From IMG/VR virus record IMGVR_UViG_3300043418_000226: 64,000 bases of DNA. One strand, written 5' to 3'. The notes under the pieces are model-generated. The model did no database searches. It had not been told where the DNA came from and saw only the letters and a list, made by a program, of their open reading frames with translations. The position numbers and the translations under genes were made by a program. Source of the DNA: a virus. Lineage: Duplodnaviria > Heunggongvirae > Uroviricota > Caudoviricetes. Every line of letters begins with the position of its first letter. The stretch's first letter is position 1. Positions 11,414-24,300 of the stretch are shown here, piece by piece.

Positions 11414-12687
11414 TGGAAATTTTAAGAAAAGATGAAGATTTAAGTATTGTTATTAATAAAGAACAAGATTTTCAAACAAATTTAGGGTGGCAAGAAAATA
11501 TGGTCCAATTTGAAGATGAGGTACTATCTAGTATTATCAATCCAATTGAGAACTATGAAACAGTTCGTTACATCCATTCACCGTATACATGTTCGGGAGG
11601 GGTAACCCAAACCGATATTTGGTTTTATTTTTATTTTATTGACAACTATAATAGTTACAATAACGGGTTAGATTATAATTTAGTCGGTATTACCTCAGAA
11701 GAAAACGCTAAAATGTTAAAACAATCGACCGAGAGTTTTTTCAGATTAGAATTTTTTAAAACCCCAAACGATGAGGTACCAACAAGAATAAATCGTAAGT
11801 TAGTTTTTGCTAAAAATTTATCATTACCATTGGGTGAGAAGTTTTTCTATACTCCACTTAGGGATTACGTACATTTACCTGTTTTTAAAGGTTCGAACGT
11901 TGAAAATAAAGAAAATATGTATCTTTTTTGGTTCCAAGATGATTCTGTATTATCTGAAACAACACTAACGGGAAATACGTTTTGGGTAACCGCTAAATTT
12001 TTCAACGCAAAAGATGGAAACATAATTGATTTCGTTAATTCCAATTTCTCAAGTACACATGAAATTAATGAAAGTGATGACATGTACTATAAAGTGGTTA
12101 TCGATAAATCAGATTATTCATATCAAGTTTCGGGATTTACGGGAACAGTTGGAAATAGAACAGGGACAAGGTGTAACCCAATCGTTTTTTATGAAAAAGG
12201 AGGTACATCACCTATATCACCAACACCAACCCCGACGATTACGAATACACCAACACCGACAGTTACACCCACACCATCTGTAACCCCAACTGTTACAATG
12301 TCACCATCGGCAGGTAGTAGTGGAGGTGCGGGTAATTTTGTTTTTGTTGATTTTTATTTTTCATTAAGTTATGGTAATGTGGGCACCATGGACATTTATA
12401 AAAATGGTACATATGTTAGAAGACTTTCATTTGACGGAGAAAATACACAAGTTAGGATGAATGTTGGGGACACATTTTATTGTCAATTAACACATAATGT
12501 TCGTTATAATGTCGATGATAGGGGAACGATAAGTTCTTTAGTTAATGACTACGTAGTTGATTATAGGTCAACACCAGGTGGAACATTACCAACATATGCA
12601 ACATCTGACCTTAATACAATTGTTGACGGTAATACTTATAGTGTATACGGGGCGTGTGGCGGTACCGAAAATTTAATGGCAATTTAA
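11413..12687 (+). CDS. Putative structural protein: conserved-looking N domain, PT linker, variable C domain
   Basis: TAATG coupling; short Pro/Thr tract (about 12205-12310) followed by a beta-rich C-terminal module. Confidence 0.55.
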   Translation: MEILRKDEDLSIVINKEQDFQTNLGWQENMVQFEDEVLSSIINPIENYETVRYIHSPYTCSGGVTQTDIWFYFYFIDNYNSYNNGLDYNLVGITSEENAKMLKQSTESFFRLEFFKTPNDEVPTRINRKLVFAKNLSLPLGEKFFYTPLRDYVHLPVFKGSNVENKENMYLFWFQDDSVLSETTLTGNTFWVTAKFFNAKDGNIIDFVNSNFSSTHEINESDDMYYKVVIDKSDYSYQVSGFTGTVGNRTGTRCNPIVFYEKGGTSPISPTPTPTITNTPTPTVTPTPSVTPTVTMSPSAGSSGGAGNFVFVDFYFSLSYGNVGTMDIYKNGTYVRRLSFDGENTQVRMNVGDTFYCQLTHNVRYNVDDRGTISSLVNDYVVDYRSTPGGTLPTYATSDLNTIVDGNTYSVYGACGGTENLMAI

Positions 12688-12695
12688 AACAATAA

Positions 12696-13934
12696 GTGAG
12701 AAAAGTAAGATATAACATAAAACGAAAACACATTCCTAATGTTAAGTTAGTTTCACTAACGGGCATGACTTGGTATGATGCGGAAAATAATGTTATTTCT
12801 TGGGGTGATACTATCAATACGTCACCTAACACCGGTACTACAATTTTTAATATTTCGGGTAGTACTGTTCCTTCAGGTTATTATATATGGGGCACACCTA
12901 TAAGTGATAGTTGGAATTTAATTTCAGGTACTGAATCACAAATTAATTCACAAATATATGATGACCATCAGTTACCACTTTATTTAGAATCATCTGTTGA
13001 TGAATACGGACCGATGGTTGATTTTGATGGTAATATTGCCTATGATAAAAATCCGGTTGCGGTTAACTTCTCATATGACATTATTTGTAATGAAGTTACA
13101 CTTACAGGTACCACAAACACAAGTTTATTAAGAAACATTGGAGACATCATATTTACCGTACATTGGGGAGATGATACAACGGACCCAATTAGTGCAAATG
13201 GTGTTGTAAGTCACTTTTATGGTACAAACGGAGAGAAAAATATAAAGATAACGTTAGATGCGCCATGGGTAAATGAACAAGTAATTAAAACGTTAGTTAT
13301 AGATTGTCCTGCGTTTGTTACACCAACACCAACTCAAACACCAACAGTTACACCATCAGTTACTCCAACTCAAACACCTACAAATACCGTTACACCAAGT
13401 GTGACCGCAACTGTTACACCAACAGTAACGGTTACTCCATCGGTGACGCCAACAATTAGTGTTACACCAACAATTACAAATACACCAAGCGTTACTGTAA
13501 CTATGACACCTACAGTGTCACCATCACCATCAGTTACACCAACACAAACACCGGCATTGTCTGCAACACCTACGCCAACTGTCACTCGAACACAAACACC
13601 TACACCAACGGTAACCGCAACAAATACGCCAACAAACACTGTTACACCTACACCAACCCAAACCCAAACACCAACGGTAACGCCAAGTATGACCGCTACG
13701 GTAACTGCAACGGCCACACCGACGGTTACGCCAACACAGACACCAACAAATACCGTTACACCAACAGTTACACCTAGTCATACGACTACCCCAACACCGA
13801 CGGTGACACCAACTTCAACACCAGAGGCTTGTGATATGAATTATGAAATTGTAATTTACAATGAAGGAATCATAACAGAAAATGGTCAAGACTTTATTGG
13901 TGATGAAAATAATGATATTATTATTGAAGAATAA
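12696..13934 (+). CDS. Structural protein with PKD-like domain and long PT mucin-like tract (GTG start)
   Basis: FTVHWGDDT...SHFY...IKITL is PKD-like; about 170-aa T-x dipeptide repeat; acidic C-terminal tail [20 protein letters not shown]. Confidence 0.6.
   Translation: MRKVRYNIKRKHIPNVKLVSLTGMTWYDAENNVISWGDTINTSPNTGTTIFNISGSTVPSGYYIWGTPISDSWNLISGTESQINSQIYDDHQLPLYLESSVDEYGPMVDFDGNIAYDKNPVAVNFSYDIICNEVTLTGTTNTSLLRNIGDIIFTVHWGDDTTDPISANGVVSHFYGTNGEKNIKITLDAPWVNEQVIKTLVIDCPAFVTPTPTQTPTVTPSVTPTQTPTNTVTPSVTATVTPTVTVTPSVTPTISVTPTITNTPSVTVTMTPTVSPSPSVTPTQTPALSATPTPTVTRTQTPTPTVTATNTPTNTVTPTPTQTQTPTVTPSMTATVTATATPTVTPTQTPTNTVTPTVTPSHTTTPTPTVTPTSTPEACDMNYEIVIYNEGIITENGQDFIGDENNDIIIEE
13316..13823 (+). 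repeat. Pro/Thr (TPT, TVT, TQT) low-complexity coding repeat
   Basis: Thr or Ser at every second residue; ACN-CCN codon periodicity. Boundaries approximate. Confidence 0.95.
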
Positions 13935-13960
13935 AAAATTAAAGAAAAATATTTATAAAA

Positions 13961-15115
13961 ATGAGCAGTATAGTAAGAGTTTCGGAATTAGGTCAAGTGA
14001 CAGGTGTAACACCTAATTCACTATTTCTAACATCATATGGTGAAAGTAATCCAAGACAATCAAAATATATCACAAAACAAGATTTATTGGGACAATATGC
14101 TACGACAGGTTCAAATACTTTTCATGGAGACCAATTTTTTAGCGGATCATTAAACATTTCCGGAACAACGATATTAGGTGGTAACATTGTTCCATTATCA
14201 CCAAGAGGTGCATCGTTAGGAACTTTGGAATTACCATTTCGTGATATCTTCGTATCGTCAGGATCAATTAATATTGCATCGGACGTGTCAGGGTCACCTA
14301 ATACTAACATCTCAAACAATCAAGGTAACTTATTGATATCTGCAGGTGGTTTGAGATTGTTGGGTTCCGCGTCATTCGTTGCTCAAACGGGGTCATTTAA
14401 TTACATTAGTGGTTCATTAAAACAAGTGGGTAATTATATTAGGGTTGGAGACACTATATTAAATGGAAATCAATCAGTTACCGGTTCATTACAAGTTAGC
14501 GGTTCCACTATTCAAATTGGTAATAACACATTATTGGGTAATACGACATTGAGTGGTAGTGTCGCGGTTAGTGGTTCAATGGATATTAACGGTAATCTTA
14601 ATATATTAAGTGGTTCCGGTTTATATGTTGCAGGCCAAAAACAATTCAATTATGGGTTATTTTATTCTATTCAAAACCAATCAGGTTCGGCAAATACAGC
14701 ATATGCTATGAAATACAGTGTTAATGGCGTTCATAATGGAATATCTATTGTAAATAATGGAAGTGGATTCCCAACAAGGATTACTCCACAAAATTCCGGA
14801 TTATATAATGTTCAATTTTCAAATCAATTAGGGAACACAACAAATACGAATATTACTTTCGATGTGTGGTTTAGACTTAGTGAAACTGATATACCAAATT
14901 CAAATACCAAATTTAGTTTAATTAAATCGGTGGGTTCGGGGTTATATTCTGTTGCGGCATTAAATTTTTTAACACAAATAAATACCGGTCAATATTTGGA
15001 AATTATGTGGAGTTGTGACGCTTCAACAGGTGTATTCGAAACTGTCGGTACACAGTCAACACCAACTAGACCTGTAACACCTTCAATCATATTAACGGTA
15101 ACACAAGTGGCTTAA
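13961..15115 (+). CDS. Fibre/spike-like protein with SGS beta-repeats and C-terminal C1q/BclA-like domain
   Basis: YATTGSNTFHGDQ motif shared with the fibre at 49454; repeated h-SGS-h; C-terminal SGLYNVQFS.Q...DVWFR...GQYLEIMW resembles a C1q/BclA-CTD jelly roll. Confidence 0.6.
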   Translation: MSSIVRVSELGQVTGVTPNSLFLTSYGESNPRQSKYITKQDLLGQYATTGSNTFHGDQFFSGSLNISGTTILGGNIVPLSPRGASLGTLELPFRDIFVSSGSINIASDVSGSPNTNISNNQGNLLISAGGLRLLGSASFVAQTGSFNYISGSLKQVGNYIRVGDTILNGNQSVTGSLQVSGSTIQIGNNTLLGNTTLSGSVAVSGSMDINGNLNILSGSGLYVAGQKQFNYGLFYSIQNQSGSANTAYAMKYSVNGVHNGISIVNNGSGFPTRITPQNSGLYNVQFSNQLGNTTNTNITFDVWFRLSETDIPNSNTKFSLIKSVGSGLYSVAALNFLTQINTGQYLEIMWSCDASTGVFETVGTQSTPTRPVTPSIILTVTQVA

Positions 15116-15133
15116 TTTTTATTAATAGATAAA

Positions 15134-16729
15134 ATGACAACAATAAGATTATATAGTACATCAGGAGCATATGACGGATATCATGCAGATATCGTGTTTC
15201 ACCCGTTTTCGGGTGGTACCGAAGTTAATGTTGCGACTAATGTTTTGATACCTTATTTTTGGACAACTGATTATTATTATGGAACATTTGATTTTATATT
15301 TTATGAAATTGTAAAGACATGTCATTTAGACATCGTCCCACCTACACCAACGCCAACACAAACACCAACACAAACACCGACAAATACTGTTACACCAACA
15401 GAGACACCAACACAAACACCAACGAGTTCGGTTACGCCAACACAAACACCAACGCCAACGAATACCGTTACACCAAGTATGACGGCAACTGTTACGCCAA
15501 CAGAAACACCGACAAATACGCCAACGAATACCGTTACACCAACAGAAACACCGACAAATACGCCAACACAAACACCAACAAATACCGTTACACCAACAGA
15601 GACTCCAACAGAGACTCCAACAAACACACCAACAAATACGCCAACAAATACGGTAACCCCATCGGTAACGGCAACGGTAACCCCAACGGTTACTCCGAGT
15701 CATACGCCAACTCAAACACCAACAAGTACAGTAACACCAACAGTTACTCCATCAGTTACCGCAACACAAACACCTACCAATACGGTTACCCCATCGGTAA
15801 CCGCAACAGAGACACCAACAAATACACCTACGAGTACGGTAACACCATCGGTAACCGCAACAGAGACACCAACAAATACACCTACAAGTACTGTAACACC
15901 AACTGTTACCCCATCGGTAACCGCAACAAATACGCCAACAAATACACCAACAAGTACAGTAACCCCAACACAAACAGCTACTCCAACGCCAACGCAAACC
16001 CCAACGAACACTGTAACGCCAACAAATACGCCAACAAATACACCAACAAATACACCAACAAATACTGTTACACCAACAGTGACCGTAACTCCAACGCCAA
16101 CTCAAACGCCAACTCAAACGCCAACACAAACACCTACACAAACACCTACAAATACGGTTACACCAACACCTACAGTTACACCATTATGTGTAAGTGTCGT
16201 TACCGCAACTGAAATTTTAGATCCATTTAATGTATGTAATTTCACGATTACAGCATTTGACCCAACACCGACGCCGACGCCATCAATAACACCAACAAAT
16301 ACAGTAACACCAAACGGAACCCCATTACCCCCACCTAATACCATTACCCGAAGTGGAGGTGCATGTGGTCCTAGTCAAATACAATCTGATTACGTAATAA
16401 CAGGTAATATTGGTGACGTTATTGTACTTAAAGGAGAATTCGGTGGGTCATTTAACGGAAGTTCAAACGGGTCGTCAGCCTCAATTACAATAGGAACGAA
16501 TACACAATCCACCTCATGTTATTATAGTGGTACCGCCAATTTTAACTTGAATCCAACATATACATTTACTATGACAGGTTCAACACAAATTGTGCATGTA
16601 AGTGCTGTTATTTACGAGGCATCTGAAACACTTACAAATGTAACAATCACAATTGTAAGTGTTAATGGTACACCTAGTAATGTCTTTGAATATGGATGTA
16701 GAGGTAATAGTACTGGAGGACCATGTTAA
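15134..16729 (+). CDS. Mucin-like PT-repeat protein with small N and C domains
   Basis: About 280 aa of T-x repeat flanked by short Cys-containing beta domains. Confidence 0.7.
   Translation: MTTIRLYSTSGAYDGYHADIVFHPFSGGTEVNVATNVLIPYFWTTDYYYGTFDFIFYEIVKTCHLDIVPPTPTPTQTPTQTPTNTVTPTETPTQTPTSSVTPTQTPTPTNTVTPSMTATVTPTETPTNTPTNTVTPTETPTNTPTQTPTNTVTPTETPTETPTNTPTNTPTNTVTPSVTATVTPTVTPSHTPTQTPTSTVTPTVTPSVTATQTPTNTVTPSVTATETPTNTPTSTVTPSVTATETPTNTPTSTVTPTVTPSVTATNTPTNTPTSTVTPTQTATPTPTQTPTNTVTPTNTPTNTPTNTPTNTVTPTVTVTPTPTQTPTQTPTQTPTQTPTNTVTPTPTVTPLCVSVVTATEILDPFNVCNFTITAFDPTPTPTPSITPTNTVTPNGTPLPPPNTITRSGGACGPSQIQSDYVITGNIGDVIVLKGEFGGSFNGSSNGSSASITIGTNTQSTSCYYSGTANFNLNPTYTFTMTGSTQIVHVSAVIYEASETLTNVTITIVSVNGTPSNVFEYGCRGNSTGGPC
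15338..16182 (+). repeat. Longest Pro/Thr coding repeat tract
   Basis: TPTNTPT/TVTPS units with internal near-perfect DNA duplications (for example 15791-15830 vs 15845-15884). Boundaries approximate. Confidence 0.95.
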
Positions 16730-16786
16730 TAAAAAATGATAATAAGAATCACATAAGATTAAAAATAAAAATAATATTTATAATAA

Positions 16787-17482
16787 ATGTCAATTACTAA
16801 AACAATAAAAGCAACTTCGGCCGGTTCTAATACGGGACCGTTTACTATTTATCACGATTCCATTACCATTGGTAATGTACTTGTGAGTGGTGTAACAAGG
16901 AGTAGTTTATTGGATGGTGTAGTTGTTAGTAATATTCCTGACACAACTAATACAATCATAGTTCAAAGTAATGGTGAATGTACAAATAGTGAAAGTTTTT
17001 CAATTTTTTCACCTGTTTCAGGTTTAACTTGGTCAACCTCAACAAATACCGTTGGACTTGCCGGTTGTACCGATGCGGGATGGGAAATTACAAATAGTAA
17101 TTTAGATATTAAATTTAAGGTATCCGATTCACAGAATTGTGGTGGAACATGTTCAGCAACTCAAACAGGTGTGGCAACCGCAACAATAACGGTTGGACCC
17201 GCGAATACATATTTACATGTAGATTTTAACGGATTAGGTGAAAGACAAGATTCAAACTACGATAAAATAACATTTAAATTAGATGGTACTCAAATTGCAG
17301 ACGCACATGCGCCAGGAGGTGGATTAGGATGTTTAATGGGACCAGTTGTTAAAGCGTACCAAGTAACTGGACCGTATCTATTGTTAGCGAATACGGTACA
17401 CACATTAAGAATAGATTTTACCACGGTAGATAGTTTATATCACGTAGGTTCATTCTATCAAGTAAATTTAAGTTTTACATAA
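16787..17482 (+). CDS. Accessory surface-type beta protein, Cys-paired
   Basis: N-terminal AGSNTGPFTIY...GVTRSSLLDG...IIVQSNGECTN module resembles the N-terminus of the next gene; TATTTAT 5 nt upstream. Confidence 0.6.
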   Translation: MSITKTIKATSAGSNTGPFTIYHDSITIGNVLVSGVTRSSLLDGVVVSNIPDTTNTIIVQSNGECTNSESFSIFSPVSGLTWSTSTNTVGLAGCTDAGWEITNSNLDIKFKVSDSQNCGGTCSATQTGVATATITVGPANTYLHVDFNGLGERQDSNYDKITFKLDGTQIADAHAPGGGLGCLMGPVVKAYQVTGPYLLLANTVHTLRIDFTTVDSLYHVGSFYQVNLSFT

Positions 17483-17495
17483 AATAAAAAAATAA

Positions 17496-19775
17496 ATGAG
17501 GTATTTTAACGTAAAAATAGAGGTTGGGGTTTCAAATAGTGTTTTTAGTATATACTACAATACTATTGATTCAAGTCACTATGCGTTAATTTTTAACTTA
17601 ACGGGAAGTACATTAAATGCCACAGGTTTAACATATACACAATTAACAACTGGAAATGGGTTGATGGTTGAGGTACCTGATAGTGCTACATCACTTATTT
17701 TAGATAGTTCACCTGCCGCGTTTTGTACGAATATATTCCCATATAACGACCCAACCTATACGATTTATGTTGGTGGGCCGACACCGACACCAACACCTAC
17801 ACAAACCGTTACCCCATCAGTTACGCCGACACTTACACCAACCAACACAGTTACGCCGTCGGTTACTGCAACACAAAGCCCAACACCATCAGTAACGGCA
17901 TCCGTGACCCCAACACTTACACCATCAGTTACAGCAACACAAACACCTACTCTAACCCCAACAAGTTCTGTAACACCAACTGTTACACCATCAGTTACTG
18001 CGACACAAACGCCAACAAATACGCTTACACCATCAGTAACTGCATCGGTAACGCCAACAAATACGGTAACACCAACTGTTACACCATCAGTTACTGCGAC
18101 ACAAACGCCAACAAATACGCTTACACCATCAGTAACTGCATCGGTAACTCCAAGTGTCACACCAACACAAACACCAACACAAACCCCAACGCCGTCACCT
18201 ACTTTACCGGCACTTACAGTTATTGTAACGTCATTTAGTCAACAATCATGTTATAATATAAATGATGGTTCGTTTACGTTATCAGCATCGGGAGGTAATG
18301 GTGCACCATTTGAATATTCTAAAGATAATATTACTTGGCAATCATCCGCAACGTTCACCGGATTATCTGCAAGTTCTTATACTGGTTACGTTAGAAATAA
18401 CAACAGAATTGGAACGGTTTCAAGTGTTGCTGTTGGTAATACAACAAGAAGTGCACCTACAGGTACTGTCACGTTTGGTGCGGTTACATGTAATGGAGGT
18501 ACCGACGGTACAATTACGATATCTGGTGTTTCAGGTGGACAAGGAGCACCATTCTCCACTAAACTTACAACATCGGCGGGAGCGGTGGTCTATGGATATA
18601 CAACCTTAGTTGGATCGACGAGAACGTATTCATCATTAACCGCAGGTTCATATATTGTTTACATAAAAGATTCAACATCTGTAGAATGTAGTAGTACGTT
18701 CGCGGTAACTGTCACACAACCAAGTGTGGTTGGGGTTACATTATCGGGAGGCATTACTTATCCAACTTGTTATAATACTAACAATGGTTCACTTACCGTT
18801 GCAGGTTCAGGAGGTGTAACACCATACACATATAGTGTTGATGGAGGAACATATCAATCAAGTGCCACATTTACATCATTAAGTCCGGCATCACACACAT
18901 TCCGTGTAAAAGATGCTAATGGATGTGTTTCACCGACACCATACACAACAGATTTAACTGTTACCGCACCTAACGCAACAATTACAGTGGCATCTAATGT
19001 GAGTTGTAATGGAGGTTCTAACGGTTCAATTACCGCATCGAGCCCATTCGGAGGACAAAGTGGCGCATATACAGTTGCAATTGATAACATTGGAGGAACG
19101 TACTTCTCATTCCCTAAAACATTCTCAAGTTTAACTGCGGGTTCACATAACATTTACGTAAAAGATATTAATGGTTGTATTGCTTCGTATAGCTCAGTTG
19201 TTACTCAACCTACATTAAATGTTGCAAGTATAACGAATGTTGTTGGTTCTACATTAGGTAATAATGATGGTTCATTAACGTTAACGTCATCAGGTGGAGT
19301 GTTTAACAAAACATATCGACTATATAAAGATACGGCATCACCTTACACAACGGGTTGTGGTGATACATTAATTAATACATATACCAATATCACTTCAGGT
19401 TCACCTTCTGTAAATGTAACGGGTCTTTCATGTGGATTCTATTGTCTTGAAGTTACCGACGCAAATGGTTGTGTTGTAAATAGTGGATTAATTGAAGTTC
19501 CATGTCCGGCAACAGGTTCATATTACCCATTCACTATTATGGGTTCTAACGTTATTTCTAACGCATGTGGAGGTGGAGGAACAAGTACCACAATCTACTC
19601 AAATAATCCAAGTGTTGTGGTTTTAACTAATGGTAACACATACTATAATTCAAATGGTACTCCATTTACTGGATTGTCATTTACTTATTGGGCAGATAGT
19701 AATACGTGTTTATACGGGTCATTTAACGGAGTTGGAGTATTCAATAGTCAAGGAACATGTAGTCCATGTGCATAA
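17496..19775 (+). CDS. PT-linker protein with about 5 SprB-like repeats (adhesin-like)
   Basis: Repeats of C...NDGSxTxxxSGG..P(F/Y)xYS.D...QSSATFxxLxxxxYTxxVKDxxGC match the Bacteroidota SprB repeat pattern. Confidence 0.75.
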   Translation: MRYFNVKIEVGVSNSVFSIYYNTIDSSHYALIFNLTGSTLNATGLTYTQLTTGNGLMVEVPDSATSLILDSSPAAFCTNIFPYNDPTYTIYVGGPTPTPTPTQTVTPSVTPTLTPTNTVTPSVTATQSPTPSVTASVTPTLTPSVTATQTPTLTPTSSVTPTVTPSVTATQTPTNTLTPSVTASVTPTNTVTPTVTPSVTATQTPTNTLTPSVTASVTPSVTPTQTPTQTPTPSPTLPALTVIVTSFSQQSCYNINDGSFTLSASGGNGAPFEYSKDNITWQSSATFTGLSASSYTGYVRNNNRIGTVSSVAVGNTTRSAPTGTVTFGAVTCNGGTDGTITISGVSGGQGAPFSTKLTTSAGAVVYGYTTLVGSTRTYSSLTAGSYIVYIKDSTSVECSSTFAVTVTQPSVVGVTLSGGITYPTCYNTNNGSLTVAGSGGVTPYTYSVDGGTYQSSATFTSLSPASHTFRVKDANGCVSPTPYTTDLTVTAPNATITVASNVSCNGGSNGSITASSPFGGQSGAYTVAIDNIGGTYFSFPKTFSSLTAGSHNIYVKDINGCIASYSSVVTQPTLNVASITNVVGSTLGNNDGSLTLTSSGGVFNKTYRLYKDTASPYTTGCGDTLINTYTNITSGSPSVNVTGLSCGFYCLEVTDANGCVVNSGLIEVPCPATGSYYPFTIMGSNVISNACGGGGTSTTIYSNNPSVVVLTNGNTYYNSNGTPFTGLSFTYWADSNTCLYGSFNGVGVFNSQGTCSPCA
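17970..18148 (+). repeat. 83-nt perfect direct repeat (96-nt period) inside a PT tract
   Basis: 17970-18052 is identical to 18066-18148 (GTAACACCAACTGTTACACC...GCATCGGTAAC). Confidence 0.9.
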
Positions 19776-19872
19776 TTTAACACATTAGTTCACTTCCCTT
19801 TATTTAGAATATATTAATCCTTATATTATTTAAAAAATAATCTAAGGATATTTACTAGTATATTAAAAAATT

Positions 19873-20394
19873 ATGTCTGATTCGTTTGGTAGTATGTCGT
19901 TTTTTGTTCCATCTTTCCCAAAAGAAGGACAGTCCCTGTCGGGTATAACTCAAAATTATTTAACTGATTTAGATTATACACCACACACTGGTACAACTAC
20001 ATTCACAGGTACAACATATTTTACGGCGATTGGTCAAAGTAAAATTTCTGAACTTAAAAAATACGGGTCTAATGATTATAGTGGAGTAACTATTAATATG
20101 GATGGCACAAGTGGGTACACGATAGATAATATTACCTATTTAGACTATCCCGATGGTCACACAATTTACACTGGAAATACTTCAGGTTTTACTCAAGAAT
20201 CAATAATTAATAATGTTTTAACAAGAAACGAACATTTCTTAGGATTCGTCGAACAACCAAGAGTCTATTCGGACATTTTTGTTGAAAGGGGTAAACAAGG
20301 AGTTATGGAGGTTAATTTAAGATTGGGTGAAATTGATAATATGGGAGAATTAAGTATCTACGGGAATGGATATTATAACGTTAAAAAACAATAA
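19873..20394 (+). CDS. Structural protein, possibly the detached C-terminal half of the 12696 gene
   Basis: 173 aa, rich in [ST]GxT, with conserved-looking end SDIFVERGKQGVMEVNLRLGEIDNMGELSIYGNGYY; preceded by its own AT-rich intergenic region containing TATTTAC. Confidence 0.55.
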   Translation: MSDSFGSMSFFVPSFPKEGQSLSGITQNYLTDLDYTPHTGTTTFTGTTYFTAIGQSKISELKKYGSNDYSGVTINMDGTSGYTIDNITYLDYPDGHTIYTGNTSGFTQESIINNVLTRNEHFLGFVEQPRVYSDIFVERGKQGVMEVNLRLGEIDNMGELSIYGNGYYNVKKQ

Positions 20395-20419
20395 GATTTA
20401 TATTTATTAATAAAAAAGA

Positions 20420-21337
20420 ATGGCAGTAGGATCATATGGTATTATAAGACCGGCAGACGTATCACCCGCAGACGTAGATATATTTTATCACCACGTTTCG
20501 GGTAGAACATCAACATCAGAAGTTACGTTAAAGAAATTAACGGCAACAGACGTATTAACACCCGTTTTTCATAATGAAAACACGACATTAGAACCAACCG
20601 CACAAAATGTTGAGATTTTAGGTGGTTTATATAATCTAAAATTAAAGGCAGATGATTTTTCTGAATTAGGAATTTACACTTTACATATAAGACCTAAACA
20701 AATTAGAACTGCAATCACTGATTGTGGTGTGTTGGCTTCGTTACCATCAGTTAGAGGTTTAATCGTTGATATCTCAACAGTAACAGAGGGAGATAGAAAT
20801 AAATTTACACCACAAGGATTGGTTGGGTATAGAGTTGAATATTTGAATACCGCCAATAATCAAAAAGTACCTAATTTTTATAGAGTAGTTACATCTTCTT
20901 TTTATTGTAAACCAATTGTCTCAAATTTAACAAATACAACCGATAAGGCGATTCGTTATCAATATACTGACCAAACGTCTAATTTAATGTTTTTAACTGT
21001 AACGCCAAGTTCGTCACCGGCAAGTAGACCAAACGTGGTTCCTTTTATTGGTGAACCCGGTCAAAAAGTAATATTAACAAATACCTATTTTAATCCAACA
21101 ACGATTGAAATCGAAATGGTAGAACACGACGCGTCTACATTAGCACATGCACTTTACGGTAATCAAACTAAGGCAACTACTCCAGGTATCTACACAATTT
21201 ACGATAATAACAATAACATCTATAAACAATACAACTTATACGAAGTTAAAGACCAATTTAATGAAACACTTTACGAGGTTCGTGAGGAAAGAGATAATAT
21301 TGATGAAACTTTAAACTTAGATAACATAACAGGATAA
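20420..21337 (+). CDS. Conserved-looking baseplate-region structural protein
   Basis: 305-aa ORF, TATTTAT upstream, coupled by TAATG to the gp7-like gene. Confidence 0.55.
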   Translation: MAVGSYGIIRPADVSPADVDIFYHHVSGRTSTSEVTLKKLTATDVLTPVFHNENTTLEPTAQNVEILGGLYNLKLKADDFSELGIYTLHIRPKQIRTAITDCGVLASLPSVRGLIVDISTVTEGDRNKFTPQGLVGYRVEYLNTANNQKVPNFYRVVTSSFYCKPIVSNLTNTTDKAIRYQYTDQTSNLMFLTVTPSSSPASRPNVVPFIGEPGQKVILTNTYFNPTTIEIEMVEHDASTLAHALYGNQTKATTPGIYTIYDNNNNIYKQYNLYEVKDQFNETLYEVREERDNIDETLNLDNITG

Positions 21338-24300
21338 TGGCAGTAGTAAAACACAAAGTACCAAGTCAACTTGGAAATGCGGGTGGAACGTTTAGTGATA
21401 GTTTAGTCGGTAACCAGATTACTGATGGTACTAGTCAATTGACCAATACCAACTTCGCCATTGATAAAGTTATACCTGAAAAAGACAGTAAGGATTTTAA
21501 AACTTCTCCATTTTCAGATTTTTTCACTTTAGACACTTTAAAGGAAGAAGTTGATGCTCCGACTACAAAAGATGGAGACCCAACTAAAAATGAAAAAATT
21601 AGATTTAAAGGAGGTAAAGATGATGCGAATAAATCATTATTCGGTTCATTAAAACAAAGATTACAAGTCTCAATCGGAAAAATTATTAATAAGTTCCCTG
21701 CGGGGATATTGGTAGATGGGACATCACCGACCAGTATTGTTGAAAATACTGCGGAAAATATCACATACGATTCAATAACAAAAACCACACAATTCAGTGT
21801 TAATCAAACGTTATTATTCAATCCATTCGATGTTGTTTTAGTGAAACCACAAAGTAACACATTGTTGGTGACAGATAATGGTATTAGAAATCTTTATTCT
21901 TCATATACAAAATATGTTTTAGATTTCAACGGTAATACATTTGATGTTATAATATATAGTGAACCTAACACTGGTGGTGACATTTATTTTAAAGTTAAAG
22001 GAAATCCGTTTATTGGATTAACAAACGTTACTGACAATTTTTTAATAAGACCAAGTGATGCGATTACCGAAGAATTCTTCAACAATTTGGATGATTTGGA
22101 AAGTCTATTATTAAATCGTGAAACAAATCCAAAATACACTGCAACATTTAAAGTACCAAGAGAAAGTTTTGATAAAACATCTACGGATTTAACTGACATT
22201 GAAGTTAGTTGGCCAGTATCAAGAGATGGTTGGAATTTACAAATCATCGGTTTAGGTTATGATGAATATCTTTATAATTTAAGTGCAATTGCAGATGAAA
22301 TCGACGACTATAAATCAAACTTAGTTGTTAGATTTTTAACGGCCCCTCAGTTATTTGAATTCGATACTGAAGAAAAGAAAGGTGAAACTATATTTCAATT
22401 ATATGGTCAAAATTTTGACAGAGTAAAAAAATACATCGATAACATTGCATTTATGAGAAATGTTAGTTATGACGGTGTTAATAACGTACCTGACATTTTA
22501 TTAAAAAATCTTTCAGAAACATTAGGGTTATCAACGGTTAATTTATTCGATGAAAAAACATTAGAAGACACACTATACAGTAGACAAGATGCAAAATATC
22601 TTGGAATACCAATCGGTAAAACGTTAATCGAGTCTGAACATGAATTTTATAGAAGAATTTTAGTAAATTTAGCCCACCTCTTTAAATCAAAAGGTACACG
22701 TTCATCAATTGAATTCTTTTTGAAATTTTTAGGTGCACCTGAACCAATTATTAATATTAATGAATATGTTTACAATGTAAAATCACTTCCAAAATCTTTG
22801 TCAGTACAAGATGATTTATATAATTTAATACAAGGTAATAAAACAGACACCGTTGTTACAGGATTTACAGAAAGTACATACACATATTTAACAGGTATAA
22901 CAACCGGTTCGACAACCTTAACAAGAACGGACTACCCTATTGATGAAAATAACTTACCAAGAAAAGTAACAAATATTGGTAGTGATATATTTTTCCAAAA
23001 AGGTTCAGGTTGGTATGATTTAACATTAGACCATAGGTCACCAACAGTTATTGATACCGATAAATCTAACGGAACTTTTATTAATAATGAATTTGTTTTA
23101 ACTGGTAGAACAAAAACAATTAAAACAAAACCAAAAGATTTCACTTATGGTGAAGACTATTTCGATAATTTTAGAACGTTACCGGGTTTAGATTACGGTT
23201 TTGAACTTGAATCAAAAATAGATAACAATAAAGTTAGTGTTACTAATAATGAAAATGATTCTAAATTAATTTTAAATAGAAAAAACATTACAGTTCATTT
23301 AGATTCTGCAAATGCGGTTAATTATGACATTTACAGACAATCAAGAAACTTAGGAACAAGTGGTGCAACTTTTGGTAGTTTAACACCACAAAGTGAATTC
23401 TCATTTGCAGAATATCTTGGTAATGTATTGAGTAAAACGATAAAAAATTCAAGTACTGTAAAATATAAAAACAATTATATTGATTTAGAAAATGTTTATT
23501 CTGATTACATAAATCAAATTACAAATAGTGGATATACTCCATATAATTTTATTTCAGTAACTGAATTTGTTAATAAAATGAGCCCTTATTGGGTTCAGGT
23601 ACTTGACCAATTTATACCGGCAACGACATTATGGACGGGCGGTAATTTAATTCAGAATAATAAATTCAGTAGGTCAAAATACAAATATAGAAAACCATGC
23701 CAATTATTTGAAATGGTAGATGACGTTTACCCTGAACCAAGTTTTTCAACATTTCTTGATGAAATATTAAATGATCCGGATACTGGATTCCAAACATTAT
23801 TAGGGGATAATGGTAAAGATGGTTATTTTAAATTAATGCCATTATTCAAAATAGATGGGATAAATTATTCAGGAACAACAAGTGATTCGTCAACATATGC
23901 ATTATTAAGTGGTTTTACATCACATACTGGAACAACAGTTGAAAACGCTAAATTATATTACGTTTCAGGAGATACTAATTGTATGGAACCGATACCAACC
24001 ACAGGTACCACAACACCGGGATTTGACGCATATTGTATTGATGAGGTTACTTTGAAATATTTGTGGAAGAAGGCAATTGTTGGGACTATAAATTATGTAA
24101 ATAATAATTCGGGTTATACAAGAAATAGTGTAGGTAAAGATAACACGTATGGTGAACAAATTGGGGTATCCTCAATAACGGGTGCAACAGTTACTGAAGA
24201 TATTTTATCCTATGAATTTTTCTATGATAAAGACGGAAAAGAAAAAATAAGATTCAAATCTTTCAAATACGGAACAAATAATTGTACGGTGATGAAGTCA

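Noticed and set aside
15338-16182. TxT ice-binding (antifreeze) beta-solenoid
   Set aside because: High proline content is incompatible with a regular beta-helix; an extended mucin-like linker is more plausible.
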